DNA of 64,000 nucleotides, taken from assembly GCA_038824665.1 (NCBI GenBank), contig JAWBBK010000001.1:352001-416000 (forward strand). Reading direction: 5' to 3'. Positions 37,754 to 47,102 of this stretch are shown piece after piece (the first letter of the stretch is position 1; the number at the start of each line of letters is the position of its first letter). The translations under genes were made by a program, and so were the position numbers. Origin of the DNA: Acidilobaceae archaeon. GTDB lineage: Archaea > Thermoproteota > Thermoprotei_A > Sulfolobales > Acidilobaceae. The notes under the pieces were generated by a model. It saw only the letters and a program-made list of their open reading frames with translations. It made no database searches and had not been told where the DNA came from.

Positions 37754-39496
37754 TTGTCAGGGGAGTTCAGATTGCTAGTGCCTTGTCGCCTTAGGCACGT
37801 GCTTATAGCCCTCCCTAAAAGCGTATATGATAGAGTCCTTACCCGTATAACTAATGATGGTATCTTTCATGTTGAAGAGCCTTATAAAATTCTACCCGGC
37901 TCGCCATCTCCTACCTACAAGAAACTGTATCTCCAAGCTTCTGAGAAAGTAAGCAAAGTAGTAAACTTCTTTCAATACCTAGGCGTTGAACCACAAACAG
38001 AGAAGGGGTTAGTGATAGAGGTCAAAGGTTGGGAAGAGACATTCGATAAGGTTCTCAAGAACTATGCAGAACTCGAAACGTTTTTTGAGGATAAGATATC
38101 CAAGATCGTAGATGTTGAGACAAAGGCTGACGAGATAAGGTTAAGAGAAGAGCTAAAGTCTAGACTGACAGAGTTAGTTCGATACTACACATACTTGATG
38201 ACGTTTAGAGAAGTGTTCAGAGCATTTTCATCTGGCTTAGAATCCTCTAGTATGTTCTTCATAGAAGGTTATGTAGATGAAAACGACTTTGAAAAGCTTA
38301 AGAAAGCACTAGATGAGGAAGCAGGCCAATCTTACATGCTTGTAGACATGGGTATCGTTAAAGGTAAGGCCGGAACTCCAACTAAAGTAACCTTTCCACC
38401 TATCGTAAGCTCCTTCCACAAGATAACGCAAATGTATGGTGAACCTGAGTCTCAAGAGATAGTGCCTACTCTTTTCTTGACTGTGACCTTCCCGGTAGTT
38501 TTCGCTTTGATGTTTCCTGATGCTGGCCACGGACTCGTCCTGGCGCTTTTCGGGCTCCTCTACTTTGGTAAGAAGAACCCGGCATGGCGTGACATCTTAG
38601 TCGTTCTAGGAGTTGCGGCTATAGTGACTGGACTCTTGTCTGGAGAGTTCTTCGGTCCTCTTGGAGGTCATCTGCTTGATAAGATCTTCTTCGGAAGGAT
38701 TGGTCACTTACCCCCTCTAGCCTTACCTACATACGCTATAGAGAAAGGGCTAAGCGGAGCTGTTGAAGAACTCCTCTTTAGAGCCGTAACTGTATGCTTG
38801 TGGGTTGGAGCGTTCATGCTGTCTTTCGGAACTCTCTTAGGAGCGCTCAACGCTTGGGTGAGAGGGGATACTGAAGAATTAATAGCAATGAGGTTACCTA
38901 GGTTCTTATTCTTCGCCTCTATAGCCTTACCTTTCTTAACGAGCACCAACGTATCTGACGCTACTTCTACTCTCAGCAAAGCCTTCTTCGAAATGGGAGG
39001 AGGGGAAATCAAAGCGACTCTCATTCTAGTAGGAGTGTCGATAGGGTTGCTGTGGATGCTCTTAGGAGAACCTATCTTCGCCTTAAAGCATGGATATGGA
39101 GTCGGCTCTGCTTTCATATCGTCGTTCATGGAAGCATTTGACTCAATACTTATGGCTTTAGGCAACATACCGAGCTTCCTCAGAATATTGGCTTTAGCTT
39201 TAGCACACTCGAGCATTATGCTTGGCTTCTATTATATATACCACGAGATGGCCCACAAGGGGATAGCGGGCTTAATGATAGGCTTGGTCCTCTATGCCTT
39301 CGGTAACGCTATAGCTATAGCCATAGAGGCGATCATAGCCTTCGCTCAAACTATGAGGCTACACTTCTATGAGTGGTTCTCTAAGTTCTATAGAGGTACG
39401 GGAATACCTTTCACGCCGATCACGTTACCTGAAGGCGTTAAAGTAATTCTAGCGTCTCCTCAACCTTCGGAAATCCAACAAAAAAGTCTTTCGTAA
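37754..39496 (+). CDS. atpI: A-type ATP synthase subunit I (a), shortened N-terminal domain
   Basis: MYGEP..EIVPT, FALMFPDAGHG, GEFFG, essential Arg in SFLRILAL, RLHFYEWFSKFY.G.G.PFTP. Confidence 0.92.
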   Translation: MSGEFRLLVPCRLRHVLIALPKSVYDRVLTRITNDGIFHVEEPYKILPGSPSPTYKKLYLQASEKVSKVVNFFQYLGVEPQTEKGLVIEVKGWEETFDKVLKNYAELETFFEDKISKIVDVETKADEIRLREELKSRLTELVRYYTYLMTFREVFRAFSSGLESSSMFFIEGYVDENDFEKLKKALDEEAGQSYMLVDMGIVKGKAGTPTKVTFPPIVSSFHKITQMYGEPESQEIVPTLFLTVTFPVVFALMFPDAGHGLVLALFGLLYFGKKNPAWRDILVVLGVAAIVTGLLSGEFFGPLGGHLLDKIFFGRIGHLPPLALPTYAIEKGLSGAVEELLFRAVTVCLWVGAFMLSFGTLLGALNAWVRGDTEELIAMRLPRFLFFASIALPFLTSTNVSDATSTLSKAFFEMGGGEIKATLILVGVSIGLLWMLLGEPIFALKHGYGVGSAFISSFMEAFDSILMALGNIPSFLRILALALAHSSIMLGFYYIYHEMAHKGIAGLMIGLVLYAFGNAIAIAIEAIIAFAQTMRLHFYEWFSKFYRGTGIPFTPITLPEGVKVILASPQPSEIQQKSLS

Positions 39497-40326
39497 TTAG
39501 AACAGACCTCTCTCCTACTATAACTTCTTTTAGTCCATATGCTCGATAGTTTTTTCTTGACCCTCATCTCTAAGATCCATGATTCTGTTCCGCTGAGAGG
39601 AGCTGGGATGATTATACTCGAAGGCTCGTCAGATAGGCCTTTTGAGGCTATCAGCTTGATAGGTGAATCAAAAAGAAGAACCTTTCCTGTATCTCTGCCT
39701 GCAGCTACTACGAGGATAACTGGAGTCTCGTAAGCTATAAGCCTTATCCCAAGAGTTTCGCTGAGTTCTCTTTCATACTTTAAAAGATTCTCCATAGCTG
39801 ACGATGGTCTGATCATCTCTCCCTCATCGCTTATATCGAGTAAGACCAGAGTGTGTGCATCTATGCAGAGGTTTCCATAAACTGTGAGCAAAACCGACGA
39901 GAAACCCGCTCCTCTCCAAGGACCAGGAGCCGTCACAGTCCTCCCGAACCTGTAATAGGAGAGTCCGGAAAACGTCTTGGCTGTAGTCACGCCCGACACT
40001 CCTGGCACGTATCTGACCTCTATCCCTCGACTCTGAGCTTCAGCTAGCAGAGCTTGATGAGCTGTAGCTACGAGAGGGTCTCCGGGAGATAGAATGACTA
40101 TGGTTTTCTCTCTAGCTTCTTCAATTATTTTTGAACTCTCATCTTCTAACGTCTTTCGAGACGCTATCTCAGATCTCTCGTTATGTCTAAGAGCTAACTC
40201 GTAGACCCAATGAGATTTCGGAGAAGTGTATGTGTCTACATAGACTTTGTCCGCCTGTTTAAGAAGCTGTATAACCTCAGAAGTGATGCCATGAGGGCTA
40301 AGCCCCGCTCCAGCTAGCACTAGCAC
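39460..40326 (-). CDS. dph5: Diphthine synthase
   Basis: DTYTS, GDPLVATAH, GLSYYRFGRTVT and HTLVLLD motifs. Confidence 0.9.
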   Translation of the reverse strand: MLVLAGAGLSPHGITSEVIQLLKQADKVYVDTYTSPKSHWVYELALRHNERSEIASRKTLEDESSKIIEEAREKTIVILSPGDPLVATAHQALLAEAQSRGIEVRYVPGVSGVTTAKTFSGLSYYRFGRTVTAPGPWRGAGFSSVLLTVYGNLCIDAHTLVLLDISDEGEMIRPSSAMENLLKYERELSETLGIRLIAYETPVILVVAAGRDTGKVLLFDSPIKLIASKGLSDEPSSIIIPAPLSGTESWILEMRVKKKLSSIWTKRSYSRREVCSNYERLFCWISEG

Positions 40327-40385
40327 CTTCTCATCCTAACTGTTTGCGGAGATGAGAAGAGAAAACCTTTGTCGCTTTTACCTCT

Positions 40386-40556
40386 TTACTGCAATACTTT
40401 AAGCTTTTTGGTAACGACAGGTTCGGATATGTCTCGAGATATATAGAGTTTGAGAGCTCTTCTTATTATCTCGCTTTTACTCATATTCTTTTTCTTTGAG
40501 TACTCTTCTAGCAGAAACAGGAGGTCCTCATCTGCTTTAAAGCTTACCACTCTCAT
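40386..40556 (-). CDS. Ribbon-helix-helix (CopG) regulator, aCcr1-like
   Basis: MRVVSFKADEDLL..L..Y......SEIIRRAL resembles Sulfolobales aCcr1 (MRVVTFK.EEDLL, from memory). Confidence 0.8.
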   Translation of the reverse strand: MRVVSFKADEDLLFLLEEYSKKKNMSKSEIIRRALKLYISRDISEPVVTKKLKVLQ

Positions 40557-40709
40557 TGGTAATCCCCCGCTTCGCCTTAACATACAAAACTGCTAGAGAT
40601 TTTCAGTATGAGCAGTACATGAGAATATAGATTCCTTTTCAATAAGGAATACACAGAGCGAATCGATATATAAGCTTCTACTAGTACACTCGTATAAGGA
40701 GGTATACAT

Positions 40710-41078
40710 ATGCCAACTGTACATCTTGCCCTGCCAGAGATTTTGTACAACGAGCTTAAAAAGAGAGCCAGCGATATGGGGATCCAGATTACTGACCTAA
40801 TCAAACTATATATCAGACTAGGACTTGACGGAGCTCTAAGTCAGCCTCCGAAGGTTGAAGATGAGGTCCTCACTTCTCTTTCGCTAAAAGTTGACAAACT
40901 TGAGAAAGAGTTCAAACTCAAGTCTACAATGTTGGAAGGCAAGATCAGAGAGTTCGAAGAAACCATTAAGTTCGTGATCGAGAGATTAGAGTCTCTAGAA
41001 GAAGCCGTAGTTACAGGAAGATATGGAGGGATCGTTCAGAAAAGGATTCCTCAATCACATCTTAGATCTGAGACTTAG
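40710..41078 (+). CDS. RHH-like DNA-binding protein with C-terminal coiled coil
   Basis: MPTVHLALPE.LY.ELK..A...GI.ITDLIK followed by heptads; GGAGGT SD. Confidence 0.75.
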   Translation: MPTVHLALPEILYNELKKRASDMGIQITDLIKLYIRLGLDGALSQPPKVEDEVLTSLSLKVDKLEKEFKLKSTMLEGKIREFEETIKFVIERLESLEEAVVTGRYGGIVQKRIPQSHLRSET

Positions 41079-42326
41079 CAAAACCTCTTTTGCCTTCTCT
41101 AGGCTTATCACACCAGATTTTAGCATCTCTTCGACAACTAGGTCGACCTCTTGAGCGGAGGCTCCAGCCGCGAGAGCTAACTGTCTAGCGTGGAGCTTCA
41201 TATGACCTTTTTGAATTCCTTCAGTTACCAAAGCTCTGAGAGCAGCTAGGTTTTGTACTAGACCGACTGCTGCCATAACTTCAGCTAGCTCTCTAGACGT
41301 TTTGACATTAAGTATTTTGAGAGCAAGTCTCGCTATAGGATTCGATCTTATTGAGCCACCGACTGTGCCTACAGCTAGAGGGAGTTCTATATAGCCCACC
41401 AGGTCTCCTCTGTCGTCTCTTTCCCACACAGTGAGAGGCTCGTATCTCCCTCTCCTAGCCGCATAGGCATGAGCTCCTGCCTCTACAGCTCTAGTGTCTT
41501 GTCCTGTAGCTAAAGCTACCGCTACTATCCCGTTCATTATTCCTTTGTTATGTGTTGCCGCTCTATACGGGTCTGCAGCAGCTAAAGCCCAAGCGTATAC
41601 TATACCTTCTACCACGTCGTCACCGCCTATCACATCTTTAGGCACTCGGGTCCATGCTCTAACTATCCTTCTATCCGCCAAGTTTGATACTATTCGAAGA
41701 AGTACTTTGCCTCCACTGACTTCTTCTATTATAGGAGCTACCTTTTCAACCATAGTGTTTACTATATTAGCGCCCATAGCGTCTCTGACGTCTACCAGCA
41801 GATGAACTACTACCATTTTGCCTAAAGGACTCTCGAGAACTCTAACCTCAAGGTCTTTAGCTCCTCCTCCTATCTTAACCAAAAACTCGTTGGTTGAGTT
41901 AGCGGCATCGAGTATCTCCTGTTTTCTTTCTAAGATCTTCATAGCGGCAGAGTAAGGAGAAGAGACTTTGACAACCTGTATTTGACCGATCATTATGGGA
42001 TCTGAAGCTCTAGCCCAAACGCCTCCTCCCTCACGACACCATCTAGCTGCATTTGAAGCTGCCGCTACGACTGAAGGTTCCTCTGTAACCATAGGTATCA
42101 GATAGTCTTTCTCGTTGATAAGGAAGTTTACAGCTATAGCGAAAGGCAGTTCGAACGTACCAACTACGTTTTCTATCATTTTGTCAGCTAGCTCAAGAGT
42201 GAGCCTACCGGTTCTCTTAAGTAGCTCTACCTCTTCTTCTGTCAGGTTTGCGAACTCCTTTACGATCTTTATCCTCTCTTCTAAAGGTAGCTTGTAGAAA
42301 CCCTGTATTCTCGAAGTCTTGCTCAA
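41055..42326 (-). CDS. mvaA: HMG-CoA reductase, class II (bacterial/Archaeoglobus type)
   Basis: ENVVG, EEPSVVAAAS, DAMGAN, ATHNKGIMNG and GIQKGHMKLH motifs; start TTG 42326. Confidence 0.9.
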   Translation of the reverse strand: MSKTSRIQGFYKLPLEERIKIVKEFANLTEEEVELLKRTGRLTLELADKMIENVVGTFELPFAIAVNFLINEKDYLIPMVTEEPSVVAAASNAARWCREGGGVWARASDPIMIGQIQVVKVSSPYSAAMKILERKQEILDAANSTNEFLVKIGGGAKDLEVRVLESPLGKMVVVHLLVDVRDAMGANIVNTMVEKVAPIIEEVSGGKVLLRIVSNLADRRIVRAWTRVPKDVIGGDDVVEGIVYAWALAAADPYRAATHNKGIMNGIVAVALATGQDTRAVEAGAHAYAARRGRYEPLTVWERDDRGDLVGYIELPLAVGTVGGSIRSNPIARLALKILNVKTSRELAEVMAAVGLVQNLAALRALVTEGIQKGHMKLHARQLALAAGASAQEVDLVVEEMLKSGVISLEKAKEVLLSLRSKM

Positions 42327-42399
42327 AGAGAACACCGACGAACCTAGAGAAGCGGGAAGTTTAAAGGCTGAGGTCAAATCTTGAGGGAAGGCTGAGACA

Positions 42400-42657
42400 G
42401 TGGGCGAAGAAAGCGAGAGCCTAGTCGTTTTGGTAGGAAACAAAGCTATAGAAATAGATGAGAAAATAGTCGAGATCTTGAGGAAATACAAGAGGACACA
42501 GATGACCCTAGAAGAACTTGCGTCTGCTTTAGGTTTAGAGAGCTGGGAGGAGGCTTACGAGTTCATAAAAAAGGTCCCTGCTTGGGTCATGGACGTAGAG
42601 CCTTCTCTGTGGAAGACTATGTATAAGAGGTATCTCGAAAACAAAAAACAAAAGTGA
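42400..42657 (+). CDS. Small crenarchaeal HTH-like hypothetical protein
   Basis: MTLEELASALGLESWEEAYEF HTH-like segment. Confidence 0.7.
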   Translation: MGEESESLVVLVGNKAIEIDEKIVEILRKYKRTQMTLEELASALGLESWEEAYEFIKKVPAWVMDVEPSLWKTMYKRYLENKKQK

Positions 42658-42708
42658 TCGCCGTTGCGACAATGACTCTATTAGGCTCCGTCAACACTTA
42701 AACGCAAG

Positions 42709-43353
42709 GTGCGAGCAGAGACTGTGGAAGAGTCTTCAGAAGACGATAGTAGTTCGAAGATAGTTGTGCGAGAAGATTCACATTTAGCCTTTAAGATCTT
42801 GGCCAAAGGCTTCGGACCATATCATTTCAGCTTTATCAAAAGTAGCGCAAACTATGGAGCTAGAGTCTTGCTAGCTCTAGCTGAAGATATACCAGCAGGA
42901 GCGGTCATCGGGTTTACGGCTTTCGATATGGGCGTCGTCTACTACATATATGTAGAAGAACGCTTTAGAGGCTTGGGAGTCGGAAAGACCTTAATCCTAT
43001 CGTTAGAGGAGATATTTGAAAGCATGGGAACAAAGGTGTTCGTGGCTTCTACCGTTTTCTCCAACAAGACCAGCATGAGGCTTTTTGAAAGCTTAGGCTA
43101 TGAGCTGATCCCTATTGAACTCCTAGAAGAGAAGAGTCCTGTTGTAGCCGAGAAGATAAAGAAAGTAGCCTGCATGGAAGACGACGATGTGCTAATGGTA
43201 AAACCGTCACTACAAGAGCTTCAACGAAGCCTTCTCAAAGTCAACTCGAAAGACGTAGTTAAGATGTGGATTGCTCAATGCTACAAGCCCTGGATAAGCT
43301 ACTTTTCAAATAGTCTGAAAGGCTTAGAAAGCCCATCGATAAAACTTGTATAA
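42709..43353 (+). CDS. GNAT-family N-acetyltransferase
   Basis: YV...FRGLGVGK and N..S..LFESLGY motifs. Confidence 0.85.
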   Translation: MRAETVEESSEDDSSSKIVVREDSHLAFKILAKGFGPYHFSFIKSSANYGARVLLALAEDIPAGAVIGFTAFDMGVVYYIYVEERFRGLGVGKTLILSLEEIFESMGTKVFVASTVFSNKTSMRLFESLGYELIPIELLEEKSPVVAEKIKKVACMEDDDVLMVKPSLQELQRSLLKVNSKDVVKMWIAQCYKPWISYFSNSLKGLESPSIKLV

Positions 43354-43412
43354 GATATAAAGGAGCAGATGTAGCTCTGCGACCTAGAACGCCTCGAGAT
43401 GGGGTGGTAAAT

Positions 43413-43628
43413 GTGCCTCTAGAAGTGACCGACTTGGCTAGGTTTATAGAGATAACTGAGAAGGCTTTAGAGTGTAGAATAAAGCGCGTTAGAAAGAGCG
43501 ATATAGTCAAAATAAAAGCTAGAACAAAAAGATACCTCTATACCTATAAGACCACAGAAAAAGAGCTAGAGTCCGTTCTCAAACAACTCCATTGTAAAAA
43601 CGTCGTGGACATAGATAAAACCAAATAG
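43413..43628 (+). CDS. rpl38e: 50S ribosomal protein eL38
   Basis: P.E..D...F, KIKARTKRYLYT motif. Confidence 0.9.
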   Translation: MPLEVTDLARFIEITEKALECRIKRVRKSDIVKIKARTKRYLYTYKTTEKELESVLKQLHCKNVVDIDKTK

Positions 43629-43631
43629 AGA

Positions 43632-44894
43632 TCATATCTCGATCTTTTCGCCAACTCCAGGGATCAGAGTCTTCACGTCGAGTTCGTTTTCTATTTTCTT
43701 AGCTAACACTTCCTGAGCTGAAGGAGTTCCATGAACAAGCACCACTTTCTCTAAGTTCTTGAAAGACCTCAGCGTGTTCAAGATGCCCTGCTGGTCTACA
43801 TGACTTGACAAATCGAACCAGTATACTCTAGCTCTTACAGGTCTTTCCTCAGAGAGAACGAATCCAGTTTCAAGCATTTGTCTACCAGGCGTGCCTCTGC
43901 CCTGATAGCTTACAAGTATCACAGCATTGTTTGGATTTTCTCCTAGCTTTTTGAGATAATGTAGACTAGGTCCTCCTTTCAGCATTCCTGAGCTAGCTAT
44001 TATCGCTCCTGGTTCTCTCAACGCTCTACGTCTATCCTGCCATCCTCTAACTATATTGAAATCCACCATAGACTTAGCTATGAGCCCCTCCATCCTTACG
44101 TAGCCCTTATGCTTTAAATATATCTCAGCGACATCTCTTATCATCCCGTCAACCCAGATGGGGAAGCTAGGGTCTTTCTCAGCTAAAACGCACATAACCT
44201 CTTGACCTCTACTTACGCTGAAAGCAGGTATCAGAGCTATTCCTCCGCTCTCCACGATCTCTCTTATTGTTTCATAAAGTCTCTCTTCAGTCTTTCTGCG
44301 AGAAGGATGAAGAGTTGCCCCATAAGTCGATTCTATAATTACTACTTCCGGATCCACACCGCTGAAGTCCGCTGGACCTACGAGTTTCGTTTCAAGAACG
44401 TTCATATCGCTTGTGTACAAGATCCTCTTCCCATCGACTTCTATGTATACGGATGCTGAACCAGGAATATGGCCAGAGTAGAGAAGCTTAAACAAGAAGT
44501 CCTCTATCTCCACCTCTTTTCCATAAGTGAGAGGTTCCGCTACAGAGAGCATCTCGTTTACCGTGGTCTGGTCAAACATCAGCTTGTCTCCAGACAACTT
44601 AATCATATCGTTATAGAGTATCCTAGAGACGTCTAAAGTGAGCGGAGTAGCGAAGAGTCTAGGCTTTACGCTAACGTACAACAAAGGAGCAGCTCCTACA
44701 TGGTCTAGATGGCTATGAGTCAATACAATGCCAGCTAGATCAGCTGGTCTTATATGTTCGGGAAACACAGGCTCGTCGTTTTCTGTGAAGTTAACTCCAT
44801 AGTCAAACAAAAACGCTCTTCCGCTTTTGCTTCTGATAGCTATAGCTGCTCTACCGACCTCTCTCCCGCTACCTAATACCTCGACAGTAACCAC
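43632..44894 (-). CDS. beta-CASP metallo-beta-lactamase ribonuclease (aCPSF2-like)
   Basis: GSGREVGR, THSHLDH, GHIPGS, ESTYG, SSH and VHG motifs; no KH domains. Confidence 0.9.
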   Translation of the reverse strand: MVTVEVLGSGREVGRAAIAIRSKSGRAFLFDYGVNFTENDEPVFPEHIRPADLAGIVLTHSHLDHVGAAPLLYVSVKPRLFATPLTLDVSRILYNDMIKLSGDKLMFDQTTVNEMLSVAEPLTYGKEVEIEDFLFKLLYSGHIPGSASVYIEVDGKRILYTSDMNVLETKLVGPADFSGVDPEVVIIESTYGATLHPSRRKTEERLYETIREIVESGGIALIPAFSVSRGQEVMCVLAEKDPSFPIWVDGMIRDVAEIYLKHKGYVRMEGLIAKSMVDFNIVRGWQDRRRALREPGAIIASSGMLKGGPSLHYLKKLGENPNNAVILVSYQGRGTPGRQMLETGFVLSEERPVRARVYWFDLSSHVDQQGILNTLRSFKNLEKVVLVHGTPSAQEVLAKKIENELDVKTLIPGVGEKIEI

Positions 44895-44962
44895 CTGTCT
44901 TCCCCAAAAGTGTCAAAACCTTAGTCAGAGTTTTAAATTCCGGTGCAAAAGAAGAACGAGGA

Positions 44963-45034
44963 GCCGCCGTAGCTCAGCGGGAGAGCGCCCGGCTGAAGAC
45001 CGGGGGGTCGGGGGTTCGAATCCCCCCGGCGGCA
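44963..45034 (+). tRNA. tRNA-Phe (GAA), intronless, CCA not encoded
   Basis: GCCGCCG/CGGCGGC acceptor stem, CCGG-CTGAAGA-CCGG anticodon arm, GGTTCGAATCC T arm. Confidence 0.95.
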
Positions 45035-45041
45035 CTACACG

Positions 45042-45314
45042 TTAAACTTTTTCAAGGATCTCCAGGACTTCCTTGAGAGTTCCTACTTTAGGGTTCCTGA
45101 AGTTCAGCTCGTATATCCTAAGCCTACCGTATCGTCTCTCTTCGATCAGTCCAACGTTCTTGAGTTCTTCGATATGTCTTATCACTAGCTCATAACGCAA
45201 TCCGGTTTCTCGCACTATTTTGGTTATATTTGCCTGACCTTTCTTGATGAGAAGCTTAAGTATCTTGAGCTTGCCCTTAGAGGATATCACGTCTTCTAGC
45301 TTCACTGATTCCAC
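45042..45314 (-). CDS. Winged-helix (ArsR-like) protein
   Basis: SKGKLKIL...NIT.IVRETGL.Y..V.RH...L...GLIEE..YG; overlaps the cdc6 3' end. Confidence 0.8.
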   Translation of the reverse strand: MESVKLEDVISSKGKLKILKLLIKKGQANITKIVRETGLRYELVIRHIEELKNVGLIEERRYGRLRIYELNFRNPKVGTLKEVLEILEKV

Positions 45315-46521
45315 CGAGCCTATCGAGAAGTATGGAGTCTAAAGTCTCAATCACTCTATCGGGAGGTAGGTGTGCTGATAACCTTATCAGAGAAGTTCTT
45401 CCTCTCATCCCTTTGCTCGAAGGTTTTACCTCGATTAGACCAGCGATGCCTAAGCTTTTGAGATATGTATGAAACTGAGTGTGGCCTCTGGGAGTTTCTC
45501 CATATCTCTGACAGACGTCTTCGTAGTACTTCTTGACTTCTCCAGTTGTGGCCCATCCGCCTTTTGTCATAACGGCTTGAGCTATTGAATGTAATAAGAG
45601 GAGTTCGTGAGTGCTGAGGCTTCTCAGCTCTGAAATAGATAAGGTAGATAGGACTTGTTCCGATAGAGCTTTTCTCACATGAGTCTCCGCTATAGCTCCT
45701 ACTTCCTCAGCTTCTGCTAGTTCTGCAGCCATTCTTAAAGTCATTATAGCTCTTCTGGCGCTTCCGTCTCCTCCTTTATCGTCGCCAAAGTGCTCGCTTA
45801 TGAGATCAAGATGGTACTCCTCCCATACTCCGGGTTGAAGTCCTTCTTCAGCTCTCTGAAGTAATATTGTCTTCAGCTCTCCTGCTGTGTAAGGCTTGAG
45901 GTGCATTCTAAACCCTATCTGACTCTCTACCTGAGGAATCCTTTCTCTCAAGTAGGAAAGAACTCTATGATCTGAAGCTACTAGTAGATAAGCTATTCTG
46001 CTGAGTCCGTCTTTGCTCGGCATCTCCTCGTAGACTCTCATAAGCAGATAGAGGTCGTCTTCGCTCATCTTGGGACTGAGCAGAAGACTCTGAAACTCGT
46101 CGATCACTACTAGAAGGGTCTTGTCTCTGATATAAAGATGATCGACTATAGCTTTGAGAACCTCAACGGCTGAGCTTCCGCGAACGCTGATCGAGAGTCC
46201 TAGCTGATCCACCATTATTTGCAGTATCTGATGTAAGGCAGGAGCTCCGAAAGCGTTCACGTAGACGAACTTTACATTTACTCCTCTAGTTCTAAGCGCT
46301 TCTTCGACTTTCTTTCCAACATACCAAGCAAGCGTAGTCTTACCTATACCTACTCTCCCTATGCTACCATAGATTAAGCTCACATCTGAAGAGCCTGAGA
46401 CCTCAGAGAGCTTCGAGATGTACCTTCTGAGCAGAAGTTCAGCCTCTGAGTTTCTCACCATAAGCTTAAGAGGTTTATAAGACTCTTCAAAAACCATCCT
46501 GTCTCTGAAAATCCTACTCAC
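45277..46521 (-). CDS. cdc6: Orc1/Cdc6 initiator, ORC2/Orc1-2-like
   Basis: YGSIGRVGIGKT Walker A (as recalled for Aeropyrum ORC2), IDEF, GSARRAI, C-terminal wHTH RGRT. Confidence 0.9.
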   Translation of the reverse strand: MSRIFRDRMVFEESYKPLKLMVRNSEAELLLRRYISKLSEVSGSSDVSLIYGSIGRVGIGKTTLAWYVGKKVEEALRTRGVNVKFVYVNAFGAPALHQILQIMVDQLGLSISVRGSSAVEVLKAIVDHLYIRDKTLLVVIDEFQSLLLSPKMSEDDLYLLMRVYEEMPSKDGLSRIAYLLVASDHRVLSYLRERIPQVESQIGFRMHLKPYTAGELKTILLQRAEEGLQPGVWEEYHLDLISEHFGDDKGGDGSARRAIMTLRMAAELAEAEEVGAIAETHVRKALSEQVLSTLSISELRSLSTHELLLLHSIAQAVMTKGGWATTGEVKKYYEDVCQRYGETPRGHTQFHTYLKSLGIAGLIEVKPSSKGMRGRTSLIRLSAHLPPDRVIETLDSILLDRLGGISEARRRDIL

Positions 46522-46562
46522 TTGCGCACACCTACTGTACCGAGTTCCAGAGCAAATCGAAA

Positions 46563-47102
46563 CTAAAAAATTGACTCAAACAAAGGAGCTATGAGAACAC
46601 ATCTTAGCCCACACGATAGAGTATTACCTAAGGAAATGATGAAGAGATGGTCAATGGATTCTAAAGCTAATGCCTGTTTGGAACTAGGAGTCGAGAACAC
46701 ATTTAGAGATCTCAGTAGCTCGAATATGTCTTCTCTTGAGATCACACTTTCTCCTTCTCCTCTGGTCTTATAGAAGAGCCTCAGAGATCTAGCTCCTGTA
46801 GACTCAACCAGCTCTTTGATCACGCTTAGGACAGTTGTTTTCGAAGAGCTATAGAGAGCTTTTGACGCTAACACCACTCTGGTCGCAGAGTGCGTTCTAT
46901 ACTTAAGTATAGACTCCGTTATCTCTCTCGGCTTAGCGCTTGAAAACAATAGATAAACTCCTCTAAATCTCGTTGGCTCTACTCTAGACGAAGTGTCTAC
47001 AGCTATAAGAGAGTCGTAAAGTTCCTCAAAAAGCCACACATCTCGACCTGGCTTAGAGACAGCTACGCCTTTGAGCTGGGACAGTGCTCTCTCACAGGAC
47101 AT
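46563..47102 (-). CDS. Divergent THUMP-like hypothetical protein
   Basis: T.FRGVYLL and K.RG segments reminiscent of THUMP proteins. Confidence 0.45.
   Translation of the reverse strand: MSCERALSQLKGVAVSKPGRDVWLFEELYDSLIAVDTSSRVEPTRFRGVYLLFSSAKPREITESILKYRTHSATRVVLASKALYSSSKTTVLSVIKELVESTGARSLRLFYKTRGEGESVISREDIFELLRSLNVFSTPSSKQALALESIDHLFIISLGNTLSCGLRCVLIAPLFESIF

Noticed and set aside
44963-45314. tRNA-Phe as an integration site for a mobile element
   Set aside because: No integrase and no duplicated tRNA 3' end seen; flanking genes are core
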